Counted from the first letter of the stretch, positions 48,184 through 59,099 are shown. The stretch is 64,000 bases of DNA from a virus (IMGVR_UViG_3300017605_000212:2173-66172), one strand, 5' to 3'. Numbers and translations are program-made. The notes: generated by a model not told the origin, from the sequence alone.

Positions 48184-50075
48184 TTGGCTTCTCCATATGA
48201 TCCACCCACACCCATGTCGGCTGTAAGCGGAATGTTTTTGGCCCACGATGGCGGGCGGACCATTTCAGTGTGAATGATTTCCTTCGCCTTGTCAACCTCA
48301 CTTTCGTGGACGATAAACACGAGTTCATCGTGCGCCTGCAATACGAATTTGTAGCCCCGGTCGGCAATGCGAAGCGCCGCGTTCATCACCACGATACGCG
48401 CCAGCGCCTGCACGATGTTCTCTAGCAGCTTCGCCCCGTAAATCTTGTGCGTGAACCGCCCGTAGTTATACAGGAGGTCGTTCGTTTCGGGGTCGACGCG
48501 CGGCGCGTCATATTGAAGCGCGAGCCCGTTCGGCAAATCGACGCGCCCCTTTGATATTGTGACCGGGCCAAAGGCTTTCGGTGGCCCCTTGCCTAGCCAT
48601 GCGGTGGTCAGGAAATTGTCTAGTATACTCCACGAGTGTTTGATGCGGTAATTCACCGTGCGATATTTCTCCACCGAGGTCTGGGCCAGTTTGCTGTCCC
48701 ATCTGCTCCCGAGTGTTAATCCCTGCATCCGTGCCGAGGTCACTACCATGCTGTCGAACTTGACCGCGCCACAGCCGTAGCCGAGACCCAGAATAGCGGT
48801 CTTACCGATGAACCTTTCAACCTTGTGCAGGGTCGGGTTTACGTTCATGTTGAAGATGTGGCTCGCCATAATCGCGTATGGGTCCAGCTTCTGGCGAAAC
48901 TGCTCCAGCAGGCTGTCTTGTCCGCAAATCCACGCCACCAGACGGGCTTCTATTTGGCCGAGGTCTGTGACGATCACCTTGTGGTGGGGCGGTGCGACGA
49001 GAGCCTTGCGAAGTTTCGACGCGCCCTTGCTCCCGCGCTCCGTCGGCATGTTCTGCATGTTCATGCCCCAGTCGCCGCTCAGCCGGTGGGTGTGCGCTCC
49101 ACCGTACCGAAGTGGGACCGGCATCGTGCCGCCCGAGTAAAGACGCAAGTTACCGTCCGGTAACACGCTCCACGGAAGTTCAGAGATTTCGAGCAGCTTC
49201 TTGGCGCGGGTTTCTTCAATAGTCGATTTCAGTCCCAAACGCGCAGCGGCCAAAGCCTGCACGGAAGGGTTCTCATGTTCGAGCAAGTCCGCCATGAACC
49301 GATCCGTCTTGGCGAACGCGGGCACGGACCTTCCGCTCGGGCTGGTTTTGTATTCAATCGGCACCCCGAAAGCCTCAAGCAGCACCTTGAATTTGTCGGC
49401 GCTCATTACATCGCCGCCCACCACGCCTGCCTTGGCGAGCAGTTCTCCCTTGTGGATGATGATCTGCTTGAGGTGGTCAGACAGCATTGGCCGGTCAATA
49501 TGAAAGCGGGGTTGGACCGCGCAGCGCAGCACTAAGTCCATCACTCTTTGCTCACTGGCCGGAAACATCGGCAGGAGCCGGTCAAAGATAGCAGCGCAAA
49601 GGCCCGCGTCGTTAGCCGCGTAGTCGCAGAACTCTCTCCATAGTCCATGCGCCATGATCTGGTCGCGCCTCATTCCTATGACTTTGGGCAGCGCCCCGGT
49701 CTTGCTCCCTAGCTGTAGGTGCTTGGACACGGCATCCAGAGAAAAGCGTGTCAACTCGTGGCCAAGCAGCGCCCGCGCCATACCCATCGCGTCTAGCATA
49801 CGCTTCGGCACAAAGCCGTAGCGGTATGCTAGGATGCAGTTGTCGAACAGGGCGTTAAACGTGACTGTGGTGGTGGTGTTGGGGTCGTATTTGGCAAGGA
49901 ACCGGGGGAAGTCTGGGCCGTCAACGGTGAAGGGCGTGGGGTTGTCGTCCTCCTTCACCCCGCAGCATATGCACTCAAAGCGAGTGTCAAGAATATAGGC
50001 AGGCGGGGGCATAGCCGTTAGGCTATACTCCCGACTGTAGTGCGTCTCAAAATCTAGTACAAGCAGCCGGTGCAT
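48180..50075 (-). CDS. polA: Family A DNA polymerase with 3'-5' exonuclease
   Basis: DFET (ExoI), NMQN, DLGQIEAR (A), RFIGKTAILGLGYG (B), AHDE (C). Confidence 0.93.
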   Translation of the reverse strand: MHRLLVLDFETHYSREYSLTAMPPPAYILDTRFECICCGVKEDDNPTPFTVDGPDFPRFLAKYDPNTTTTVTFNALFDNCILAYRYGFVPKRMLDAMGMARALLGHELTRFSLDAVSKHLQLGSKTGALPKVIGMRRDQIMAHGLWREFCDYAANDAGLCAAIFDRLLPMFPASEQRVMDLVLRCAVQPRFHIDRPMLSDHLKQIIIHKGELLAKAGVVGGDVMSADKFKVLLEAFGVPIEYKTSPSGRSVPAFAKTDRFMADLLEHENPSVQALAAARLGLKSTIEETRAKKLLEISELPWSVLPDGNLRLYSGGTMPVPLRYGGAHTHRLSGDWGMNMQNMPTERGSKGASKLRKALVAPPHHKVIVTDLGQIEARLVAWICGQDSLLEQFRQKLDPYAIMASHIFNMNVNPTLHKVERFIGKTAILGLGYGCGAVKFDSMVVTSARMQGLTLGSRWDSKLAQTSVEKYRTVNYRIKHSWSILDNFLTTAWLGKGPPKAFGPVTISKGRVDLPNGLALQYDAPRVDPETNDLLYNYGRFTHKIYGAKLLENIVQALARIVVMNAALRIADRGYKFVLQAHDELVFIVHESEVDKAKEIIHTEMVRPPSWAKNIPLTADMGVGGSYGEAK

Positions 50076-50794
50076 TAGAGAGCCAGTGTCAATGATTGCG
50101 CCCGTATTTCCACGCCGCTCTTGTGCGTGAACTTGCGGGTACTGATTTCCAGCTTCATGCCAGCCTTAGCATCATATGTCTTGTCTGGCAATAGCAGGGC
50201 ACTGGCCACCGTTGCTTGCGTCTCCCGTATCAACTCCAGCATGGGACCGATAGGTTGCTTGGGAACAACATAACGCACAGGCTCCCCGCCTTGCAGTTCC
50301 TCATGGTCAGGAGCCAACGCTCCCATCGTAGGCCAGTAATGGCGTACCGCCCCAGCCGTACAGTGGGTGTCCAGCCAGCGCATCGTCTCCAACACGCACT
50401 GGAATTGGTCGTGGATAGCCTTGACGTGATCCACAAGGTCAACCAGTGGCTTCGCCTGCTGGTGGTTAATCTCCAGCATGGTGTCCGCCGCAGACAGCAT
50501 CTTGAGGTGATCCTCGTAGTCGATGGTCAGCGTTACGTCGTCTGTCAGGTCATAGGACACCCACTTGTCGTAAAGCGGGGTAAGCCCATAGGCAGCTTTC
50601 AGCCGCTCGATAGTGTCTGCCGCGAACAGCCAAGGGATAACGTCCTTAGCCGTATAGCGGAAGTCCATCGTCGCGTAGATCACGCGCTTGCACAGCTTCT
50701 CGATGTTCTGCTCCGCAGTTGAGAAGTGCCCACCTAGGACACTGTTGCTGCTTTGCAGATGGTTGAACTTGCGGCGTCGTTTAGGCCATGCCAT
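50075..50794 (-). CDS. Hypothetical protein
   Basis: GGAGG RBS; coupled to the polymerase gene. Confidence 0.7.
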   Translation of the reverse strand: MAWPKRRRKFNHLQSSNSVLGGHFSTAEQNIEKLCKRVIYATMDFRYTAKDVIPWLFAADTIERLKAAYGLTPLYDKWVSYDLTDDVTLTIDYEDHLKMLSAADTMLEINHQQAKPLVDLVDHVKAIHDQFQCVLETMRWLDTHCTAGAVRHYWPTMGALAPDHEELQGGEPVRYVVPKQPIGPMLELIRETQATVASALLLPDKTYDAKAGMKLEISTRKFTHKSGVEIRAQSLTLAL

Positions 50795-50936
50795 TGTCGT
50801 CAGCCTCCATCTTCATTTTGAGTTCAAAGAATTTCTGGACTAGCGCCTCGTGGTCCCACGGCTTCTCCAGCCGCATGACTTGTCGGTGCGCCCAGATGTT
50901 ACCGGGCCGGTAACAGGGGTGGCGGAACTGTGACAT
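50781..50936 (-). CDS. 51-aa small ORF (MSQFRHPCYRPGNIW...)
   Basis: AGGAG RBS; below the track cutoff; contains a palindrome copy. Confidence 0.5.
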   Translation of the reverse strand: MSQFRHPCYRPGNIWAHRQVMRLEKPWDHEALVQKFFELKMKMEADDNGMA

Positions 50937-50967
50937 TGAAATCTCCTAATTCTGCGTTGTTTAGGTG

Positions 50968-52254
50968 TTAGCGGTCAGCCGCGACATTGCGGAGTATGTT
51001 TTTAACTTTCTCCGTCAATGCGTCCCATTCCTCGTCACTAAGATCGAACTGAGCCATAACGAAGCTATCCTCGTCTGATTGCGACCATTCGTAAGCTTGC
51101 GGAGCGGGCTTAGTCCCCAAAATCTCATGAATGGGGTGTTCCGGGTCGCAAGTGCAGAGGTCTGGCCAAAGCCGACAATGACGACATACGATGCCATCTG
51201 CGGTTTCGATTGTTTCGCATTTGAAAGTCATGGTTCACGGTTTTCCGTATTTGATGATTGACTGAACTTTGGAGGAATAGAACGGGTCTTGCGGGTCTAG
51301 TTTCGCGATTTCCTCTTTAACCTCGCGCCTTGATTCTTCGTCCCATGTGCGGCGATCCATTGGGTTGGGCTGAATATAGAAACTCATGGTTTGCTCCTCG
51401 CATAGGGGACTTTCAGTGGTTGGTCCGGCATAGCAGCACCAGTAACACAACCACCACGACAATGGAAAGGGCCATCATCGTTTCACCTCGGCCAGCAGTT
51501 CTCCCGCCAGAGCCAGTACCGTGGCCTTGCGATGGTCAGGGTCCATCAGGTCCGCAATAGGTCCGGTGTATAAGCACCGGTAGGTTGCGTCCCCATGCGG
51601 GCCTATCCGTAGGGTAACGCAGTCTCGATCTTGTGCGTCCACCCATAGGTTGACCTGCATGTCGGCGGTATGGCTCATAGCCGTCATTCGTAGCCCAGAG
51701 GAAGCGTGACCCAAGCGGTGGGCCTCTCCCCGGTTGCCTTGTACCTCTCCTAAAAATCTAGCCATTCACGGCTCCTTGACTTGAGAAGGGACACCGTGTT
51801 ATCGGTTGCGTTACCAACCGATAACACGGTAAGTGGACTTGTCCAGCCGCTCGATAGGTGCGGCACTACAGTCTCGCTTGTCGATCACCTCGATCTTGGA
51901 TTTGCTGGTGCCTATAGCAAACCAAATCAGAGCCAGCCAGAAGCATGGCCACCAGAAGCTGAACTTCTCATTCATTCGCTTCCTCCGCTAGCTTGACCAA
52001 CTCCCACAGGATTTCCTCATCCTGCTCTGTCAGGTTCCATTCCTCAGCGCCGATCAATAGCTGTAACGCCCTTGACCTTAGCACCTTGGCAATCACCTGC
52101 TTTTCCTCAGGCGTAAAGGGTCTGCTCATTTGTCCTCCTGTCCGTAGCCTGTCTCATCCTCGTAGCCAGTCGGAGCGTAGTGCGTGGCAAACGCCAGCCA
52201 CACAATCCATGCCGCCGCTGATATTCCCACCAGAATTAGCCATCCGGTTTCCAT
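50968..52254 (-). CDS. Cluster of small early genes (50968-51231, 51235-51387, 51475-51765, 51811-51975, 51968-52129 and a short membrane ORF ending near 52126)
   Basis: Most have GGAG/AGGAGG RBS; tight packing. Confidence 0.55.
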
Positions 52255-52398
52255 TAACGGCTCCAAATAGTCTGCCTGACCGACAAGTCTAGGCGCATTG
52301 GACTTGTTTCACCTCCGCACCGGAATAGTACGGGCCTCTTGTCGGGGCTCTGTAAAGGGCCAAACGCGCCTGTTACCGGACCGGTAACAGGCGCAATA

Positions 52399-53766
52399 TC
52401 ACTCTCGGTTAATACGTTTGATGCGGACCACCTCACCCCACGGAAATTCCTTGTCAGTGGTGGAGGCCCAGATCACCGGGAAAGCCGGTTCTTTCTTCGG
52501 GAAGGGCTCGCAGTATCCATCGGTGAAACCCATGAACACGTCGGGCACGTCCGTCTGCTCTTTCAGCCAGTCAAAGGCCAGCATGACGCGGGTACCCCCG
52601 CCGCCGCCCACGCCACGAGACTTGATGGTCTGCAAGTCGCTTGCGTCGGCCACCTCATCCTCGTGGCATACCTTGGTGTCACCCCACAGGATCGTGATGC
52701 GCTTGGGCCGCACGTCCTCGATGATACCGGCAACCTCGGCAAGGCAACGCTCTAACTCGCCCTTGCCCATGCTGCCAGAGGTGTCACCCCACAGCACAAT
52801 CCAGCCCGCACCGAAGCCGCTCCTGCCGGGGCAGTACATGTCCCGCACGATGAAGCGCCTGTCAGGCTTGCGCCAATTATAGCTGCCAGAGCCGACCTTG
52901 CGGGCCAACTCCGTGCGGATATGCTCGGTCCAATCAACCTCAGGCTCCAGTATCTCTTGGAACATGCGTTGAAGGGCACCGCCCATCTTACCTTGTGACC
53001 GCTTGTTCTCCAACTCACGGGCCACAGCTACCTCAACCTGCCACTGTTGCGAATTGCGTTGCTGCGCCTGCTGAGCGTTGCCCGTGCTCTTACCGGGCGA
53101 CAGGACCATATCAAAGCCCTGCGGGTTGCTGCCGCCGCCACCGCTACCGCCCTTATTCTGGGGACGTTTCTTGAAAATCTTCTCGTAGATTTCCCACGCC
53201 CCTTCCTTGCCTTCCTTGCAGATCGCGGGGTCATAGATACCGACCTGCTTGCCGTTCAGGTCCTTCGGCATCGAGCCCATGCGACTTGCCACCAGCAGCG
53301 CGTTGATGCGGTGGTCCATCGCGGTCTGGTACTGGTCATTGTCGAAGGGCAGCGGGCCCTTGGTAGGGCATGGCACCGTGCCGCTCTTGGTCAGGCGGTG
53401 CATGGTCCGCACGTCGTCGTAGACGTTGTGTTGTATCTCGTGGATCAGGATGAACACCCGCTCTTTGAGCCCGAACTCAAAGAACGTATCGGGGTTGAGC
53501 AAGATGTTCTGGCCATCGGTAGCCGCTATAGGCACTAGGCGGGTGAACACCGCCATGTGCCCATGTTTGTTGTCGTGATTTACGAGCAGCTTGTAGAAGA
53601 TATGCCGGAAGCCCGGTGCCATCCACGCCATATAGGACATGGTGTCCGCCCAAAGCTGCTTCTGCTTGGGCGTCAAGTCCTCCGGTGTGATAGGGCCGGT
53701 CAGCTTGTCCAGTATATCTGCGATCTGCTCTGGCGTTGCGCCAGCAGGTATCGTGATCTGGGTCAT
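52399..53766 (-). CDS. DUF2201-type metallopeptidase-like plus VWA domain protein
   Basis: AATDG, HEIQH (HExxH), DTSGSM (MIDAS), GGGGT, FTDGY. Confidence 0.88.
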   Translation of the reverse strand: MTQITIPAGATPEQIADILDKLTGPITPEDLTPKQKQLWADTMSYMAWMAPGFRHIFYKLLVNHDNKHGHMAVFTRLVPIAATDGQNILLNPDTFFEFGLKERVFILIHEIQHNVYDDVRTMHRLTKSGTVPCPTKGPLPFDNDQYQTAMDHRINALLVASRMGSMPKDLNGKQVGIYDPAICKEGKEGAWEIYEKIFKKRPQNKGGSGGGGSNPQGFDMVLSPGKSTGNAQQAQQRNSQQWQVEVAVARELENKRSQGKMGGALQRMFQEILEPEVDWTEHIRTELARKVGSGSYNWRKPDRRFIVRDMYCPGRSGFGAGWIVLWGDTSGSMGKGELERCLAEVAGIIEDVRPKRITILWGDTKVCHEDEVADASDLQTIKSRGVGGGGGTRVMLAFDWLKEQTDVPDVFMGFTDGYCEPFPKKEPAFPVIWASTTDKEFPWGEVVRIKRINRE

Positions 53767-54068
53767 TTGTTATCCTTCATTGCGTCCAGCAGGTCTTGGC
53801 TGATAGCCGGGGCTTCGCTCGTATCCCCTGCCTCGGCCAACTCTGCATCGCCCTTGGCTACCACGTCCTCAAGGAACACAAAGTCCTCGTGTCCCGAGAA
53901 AAAGTCATCCGAGAATATGGCGATCTTGGGCTTGATGCCGTCAGCCAGTAGGGCCATGTTCGCAAACGCGCGAGTACCCAACTGCTGCATGATTTTCTTG
54001 GCAACCTCGTGCTTATCAAGGTCACCGAAGTCAACCGCTATCTCTAGCGTGTAGGTTCTCTGGGCCAT
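53763..54068 (-). CDS. Hypothetical protein between the AAA and VWA genes
   Basis: GGAGG RBS; ATGA coupling. Confidence 0.65.
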   Translation of the reverse strand: MAQRTYTLEIAVDFGDLDKHEVAKKIMQQLGTRAFANMALLADGIKPKIAIFSDDFFSGHEDFVFLEDVVAKGDAELAEAGDTSEAPAISQDLLDAMKDNK

Positions 54069-54191
54069 AGTATCCTGCCTCCATACCTCTCTGGCGAGCC
54101 CTGTGTAGACCGGCCCCGTATCCTGCCCGTTCGCAATCATGCGAGCGTGTCGTCTACGGAGCCGTAACCTATAAGCCATGCGGCCCACCGC

Positions 54192-55310
54192 TCAGTTGCT
54201 CAGGCTCGCTATGAGCGACACAAGCTGGGCGTTCTTGTTCACCCAACTCTGCATCGCAGGCTCATTGATGAGCCCCTTGTAGTCCCTGCGGAGCAGGCTG
54301 CTCACGTAAGTCACAGCCATATCCTTCGGGAAGCGGTTCATATAGGTGATGCACGGGGCAAGGTCGGCCCTTTGCGTCCACCCAGCCAACTCATAGGCCA
54401 TCAGCATGAGCAGGTCTGGCCGGGTCGGCACTGGTGTACCGCTCGGATCAGACACCACCTCTGCGTAGCTCGGGAGTTGGGTGCGGAACTCGATATGACC
54501 CACTAGGGATTGTGTGGCGGGCATACCGATAGTACCAGCCAACCCCTCGATAGTGCGCGGGTCGGTCGGCACCTGTCCCTTGTTCATGTCGGCTTTGACC
54601 TGCAAGTAACGGTCAGCCGCCGTAAGAGTACGCGGGTTGCACCACGGGCCCTGCTCTTTGGGTTCGCTCTCGAACAGGAGGTCAGGATGCGTAGCCGCCC
54701 ATGCCTTGGTTACAGGCATGACCTGCCACTCTTTGCCTTGATAGCTGTACGGCTTGTCCGCAAAGTCCTCCAGCCATACGTTCACATCGCCCGTAACCTT
54801 GAGCAGAGTGCGACGGGCGATACAGAAGTCAAAGTCCTTCGTAACGCCGTAGCGGGAGCCCTTGTTGGTGAAGGCGATACGGATGCTGCCTTGCGGCAGA
54901 TACCACGGTGGGGTGCCACCGTTCAGGAAGATTTCCGCGATAGCCCGCTTCACATCGGCCTCGCCCTGCCCGTACTCCTCGATGATGAGCACGAATAGGT
55001 CGTACATATAGGCGGGCTTGCCCTCCGTACTGATGAACCACAGCGGGCAGGAAGGATCAGTCACCGTAATCATACGGCCACCAATCTCTCGCTCGCCCTT
55101 GAACTGATAGCCAATCAAGTCCGGTGGGGTCTGCGTAGCGGCGAAGATGATCCCCAACCCCACGGTCTTACCGGGATTGTCCAGCTTCGTCTGCTCGTAG
55201 ATACGGAAGCCCATCTGGGACTTGCCAAGGCCCGAAGGGCTCTCGACTAGCGATGAGTTGCCCGCTCTGGCGTTCGCCAGAACTTCCGTATAGCACTCAC
55301 GTAGGTTCAT
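54192..55310 (-). CDS. MoxR-like AAA+ ATPase
   Basis: Walker A SPSGLGKS, DLIGY, Walker B IIEE, NPRT sensor. Confidence 0.85.
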   Translation of the reverse strand: MNLRECYTEVLANARAGNSSLVESPSGLGKSQMGFRIYEQTKLDNPGKTVGLGIIFAATQTPPDLIGYQFKGEREIGGRMITVTDPSCPLWFISTEGKPAYMYDLFVLIIEEYGQGEADVKRAIAEIFLNGGTPPWYLPQGSIRIAFTNKGSRYGVTKDFDFCIARRTLLKVTGDVNVWLEDFADKPYSYQGKEWQVMPVTKAWAATHPDLLFESEPKEQGPWCNPRTLTAADRYLQVKADMNKGQVPTDPRTIEGLAGTIGMPATQSLVGHIEFRTQLPSYAEVVSDPSGTPVPTRPDLLMLMAYELAGWTQRADLAPCITYMNRFPKDMAVTYVSSLLRRDYKGLINEPAMQSWVNKNAQLVSLIASLSN

Positions 55311-55348
55311 TGGTCACCTCTTGGTTGCGTGTTACCGGGCGGTAACAT

Positions 55349-55582
55349 CTAGCGTCGGATCAGGTAGTACTCGCTCTGCTTGCCGGTGCGCGTCTGGATC
55401 AGGCGGACAGCACCCGCTTGATACAGCGTATAGATCGCCTCGGCCATCGTATCTAACCGCTTGTCACACAGGCGGTCCTCAAAGAGGAAGCCCGTGTGGT
55501 AGTGCAGCTTCTCGCCCTTCTTCATGCCTCTGATGAAAGACTTGAAGGTGTCGATGTTATCGGCTTCGTTAAGTACGGCCAT
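55349..55582 (-). CDS. Small hypothetical protein
   Basis: AAGGAG RBS; YHTGFL..DR. Confidence 0.6.
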   Translation of the reverse strand: MAVLNEADNIDTFKSFIRGMKKGEKLHYHTGFLFEDRLCDKRLDTMAEAIYTLYQAGAVRLIQTRTGKQSEYYLIRR

Positions 55583-55716
55583 CGGTTCACTCCTTGTCAG
55601 AACAGCGCTCCTGCTGCTCTGTGAAAGAGTGGTGACCGGTCGGGAGAACCACCAACCCAACCGGTCACCGTATGCGAGCGCAGGACAAGAGGCGATACCC
55701 CGCGCTCAAGCACTCA

Positions 55717-56466
55717 TTACGCGACCTTTGCCTTCGTGGTCGCGGCCTTGGCGGTAGGCAGCGGAGCCTTCGCCTTGGCAATTTCGGCCAACCGTAGGGT
55801 CAGCTTCTCGACGGCTTCCTTCACAAGGCTCGATGCGTCCTGCGCCGTGCCCTGCGATGCCTTGCCGCTAATCAGGTTCTGTAGCGACTTGCGAGCAGCC
55901 TGAATGATTTCCTCGCCAGTCGCCATGTCACCCTTGGCCTTGAAGATGAACTGCTTGAGTTCGTCCTCGGGGATGAGTTGGTCCCGCTTGACCTGCTCAC
56001 GGGCAAACCGGAGCAGCGTATTGCTCGGGTCGTCCAACTGCTTCGCAAGCTGCGGCTGAGCCTTCGCCTTGCCGCGCATGGTCAACAGCGTGTTAACCGT
56101 CGCCAGAGGCTCGCCCTGTCCGCCCTTGGTCCAGCCGCCAAGCTGTGTAACCTTGCGGACACAGGCAGCAGCCTTGCGGGCGTTACCAGCCTTGTGATCG
56201 TAGATCACAGCGCCGGTCTGGCCCTTCACCCAACGCTCGGTCAGCATGTGGGCATCGTCGATGCCAACCCCATGCTTATCGCGGGTCAGGTCGATAGCAC
56301 CGTGATACCCGCCCTCGATACAGCGGTAGAGGAACTTGGACCAACTGTCCTTGCCCTTGCCGTTGTCAGCACCGAGCGTCTCGGCTTCCTTGAGCAGGCT
56401 ATCAAGCGTGATGCGGTTAACCTGCGCCTGCTGGGCCGGTTGACCTGCGGTCGATTGATTGCTCAT
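55717..56466 (-). CDS. Hypothetical early protein (249 aa, basic tail)
   Basis: GGAGG RBS; strong codon bias. Confidence 0.75.
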   Translation of the reverse strand: MSNQSTAGQPAQQAQVNRITLDSLLKEAETLGADNGKGKDSWSKFLYRCIEGGYHGAIDLTRDKHGVGIDDAHMLTERWVKGQTGAVIYDHKAGNARKAAACVRKVTQLGGWTKGGQGEPLATVNTLLTMRGKAKAQPQLAKQLDDPSNTLLRFAREQVKRDQLIPEDELKQFIFKAKGDMATGEEIIQAARKSLQNLISGKASQGTAQDASSLVKEAVEKLTLRLAEIAKAKAPLPTAKAATTKAKVA

Positions 56467-56539
56467 GCAATCCTCCGTTGTTGTCGCGTTACCGGTCGGT
56501 AACACGCTCCTATCGCGTCGAACAAAAACAGCATTACCG

Positions 56540-58924
56540 CTACAGCAGCGGGTTGCTGCGGAACCGTTTGTTGGGGAGAATTACCCCAATGAAAGGCCCT
56601 CCCTTGACCGTCACAGGCTCGCGATACGCCTGCCACAGTTCGCGGAACCCCAGCACTTTGCTGTTGTCCCGGCAATGGTTACGCCGCGCCCCACGGTATG
56701 TCGCGTGGTTGCGCGGTGTCTTAGCCGTGCGCCCAAAGTTGCGCTTTACCCCGATCTTCATATGTCACCCTCATGTCTGGTGTCGTAGAAGGATACCTCT
56801 GCGACAAACCCAAAGGCTCCCACCATAAACGATATGTTGGGACTGTGATCGCCCCTAAGGCGACAAGTCAAGTCGATGATGAACATAGTACCGTGCCACC
56901 GTTGGGCAGCGAACTCTAGCACCTTGTTACCGTTAGCGAAGGTGATGCTCTTGCAGATCATGGGTGGTGCCCTATAGCTGTATCGACCCACACATCGGAG
57001 CCGAAGTCTTTCTGTCGAAAGCAGTATTCAGTGTAGGCAGCGGTGGCACGTTTCACGCCTACCGTTGCCTGCCGGTCGTGCAAGGTATACTTTTGCAACG
57101 CCTGCCCCAGCAGATGGATGAGGTCCCTATCTGTCATCGCAACCTCTCGTTACGTAGGGCAGCGTTGTGGGCTATCCGTATAGCCTCGGACAGTTCCTGC
57201 CGATAGCGTTTCACGATGCGGGCACGGCTCTCCCGCTCGTACAGGCTTCCGTACAGGGTTGCCTGTGCAAGCGTTCGCTCGGCATGGTCAAGGCGAGCCT
57301 GCGCCGTCAGCACCCCATGCTCCCAACTCAGGAAGCTGGTAGGGTGGCGGCTCTGCCCGCCTGCGTTGTAGGTCTTAGCCTTGGTCATCGTTGTATCTCG
57401 GGTCTGGCCAGTTGAGGTAGCTGGCTCCCTGTGGATGGGAGAACTCGCGCTCAAGGGCCACGTTAGCAAGCACCTGCTGGCAGGCCTTCTCGTGCATGAT
57501 GCTCTTGGAGAGGTCCGATGCGCTCTTGAGCAGCCCCAAGGCTGTATCCACCGCTGTCACGATGTTGCGGAAGGTAGTGGGTTGGGCGTTCATGGTCAGG
57601 ATAGCCCGCGCTATGATAGCCACCTGATCTGCCTGCTCTTTGCGGACAGCCAGCACAGGCGATGCGGTATCGCTCATGACAGGCTCTCCCATATCTGCGC
57701 GGCCAATGCGGCCAGCACGATAACGCAGGCGCTGCCTACCATCGCTACCATAACGGTGGCGGCAATGGCGTCATGCCATCTGGTCAGGTTGTCCATGTTC
57801 TCGATCCTTTGCGGTGGTCTGGAAACACGGAAAGCCCTACCCCCGTCGCTGGGGTAGGGCCTTCGATCTTGCCAGAACTAGGCGTTTTGTATGTCCCGCC
57901 TGTAGTCATTCATGGATTGCAGCGTGGTCATGCAGTTGCCGATAGCGAGCCCCACGCTCGTGGCATCGCCTATCGCCTCCACTATTTCCTCATCACTCCA
58001 GCACTCAACGAGAATGTCCCAGCCATCCTGCTCGTAGTTCTCGGTGGCGTACTGCCTTACAGCGGTCACTAGGTTAGTCACGCTCATGGTAGCCTCCTGT
58101 GGTGGTTCAACCTTGTTACCGGCTCGGTAACGCCTACTGCCACATTTGCAGACGTTGTTGGCGTAATCTGGCCGCTTTCAAGGCATTTTCGAGGTTTTGC
58201 ATCTTGGTTAAGGCTCGCCACTCGCCGGTGATAGGCTTCGACTTGGCAGGCGGCGGGCTCGGGTTCTTTAGGCGCACCGTATGGGGCGCAGACACGGCTT
58301 CTCGCTCCAGCCGCAGATTGTCCTGTAGGACTTTCTGCAACTGGAGCGCGATAGCCTCCATGCGTTCCTCAAGCGTGGGCATCAGGACCTCTGGACGATC
58401 TTGAGCAGGTGCCCGTTGTCCGTGACCTGCCCAGACTTGACCATCGCACCGATGATGGTCTGGTAGGTATCGAGGCTGAGCCCAAGGGGCATCAGCATCG
58501 CGTAGAGGTGGCCGCTCGGTACGCCAGCAGCGCCAGCCTCTCGGATGGCCTCCACGATGGTGCCGAGTACGAGTACAACAGCTTGTTTCTGGGTCATGTG
58601 ACCCTCCTTTCGGTTGGTGGTTAGGTGCGAGGCTTCCACTCGCTGCGGCACGGGTCGAACCCGTTGCCTCTGGAGGCCGCGAGCCTCCCTGTGTTACCGG
58701 CGCGGTAACTTGCGGTCGCCCCACCGCTCAAGCCCGAGCAGCGGGGCAGGATCAGCGTAGTAGTCGCCGTCCATGTGACAGCGGCTGCGGTAGCTTCCGT
58801 CGCCCAGTTCAGCAAAGGTGGCGAGGTCGAGTACGTGGTGCTGCTGGGAGTTGACCGGAGCCTGTATCTCATCGAAGCTGTGGGCTCGGTCGGGGTGGAT
58901 AAGGGGCTTCTTGTACTGGAGCAT
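56540..58924 (-). CDS. Cluster of small early genes (56540-56761, 56758-56991, 57134-57388, 57375-57692, 57878-58087, 58134-58382, 58382-58597, 58694-58924)
   Basis: Same-strand packing, several with strong RBS; functions unknown. Confidence 0.5.
57831..57860 (-). terminator. Hairpin terminator candidate
   Basis: GCCCTACCCC/GGGGTAGGGC stem followed by TTT on the - strand, downstream of the stop at 57878. Confidence 0.55.
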
Positions 58925-59099
58925 GGTGGTGTGTCCACTGTTGTGGTTCATTCGTCGCCCAACTACCGCGCCGAACAAAACGGGCGCTTTGGGGCTGCAC
59001 ATGGAAGTCGTGCCGTCCAAGGGCACCGAGGTGGTACGCATACATCGTATGCCGACACAATATGTAGTATGGGGTAGGGGCTGGGCGCACACCTTCCTA

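Noticed and set aside
48180-50075. Intron or intein in the DNA polymerase
   Set aside because: Continuous 631-aa ORF with all motifs in order and no splicing signatures; only the short palindrome-encoded segment is notable.
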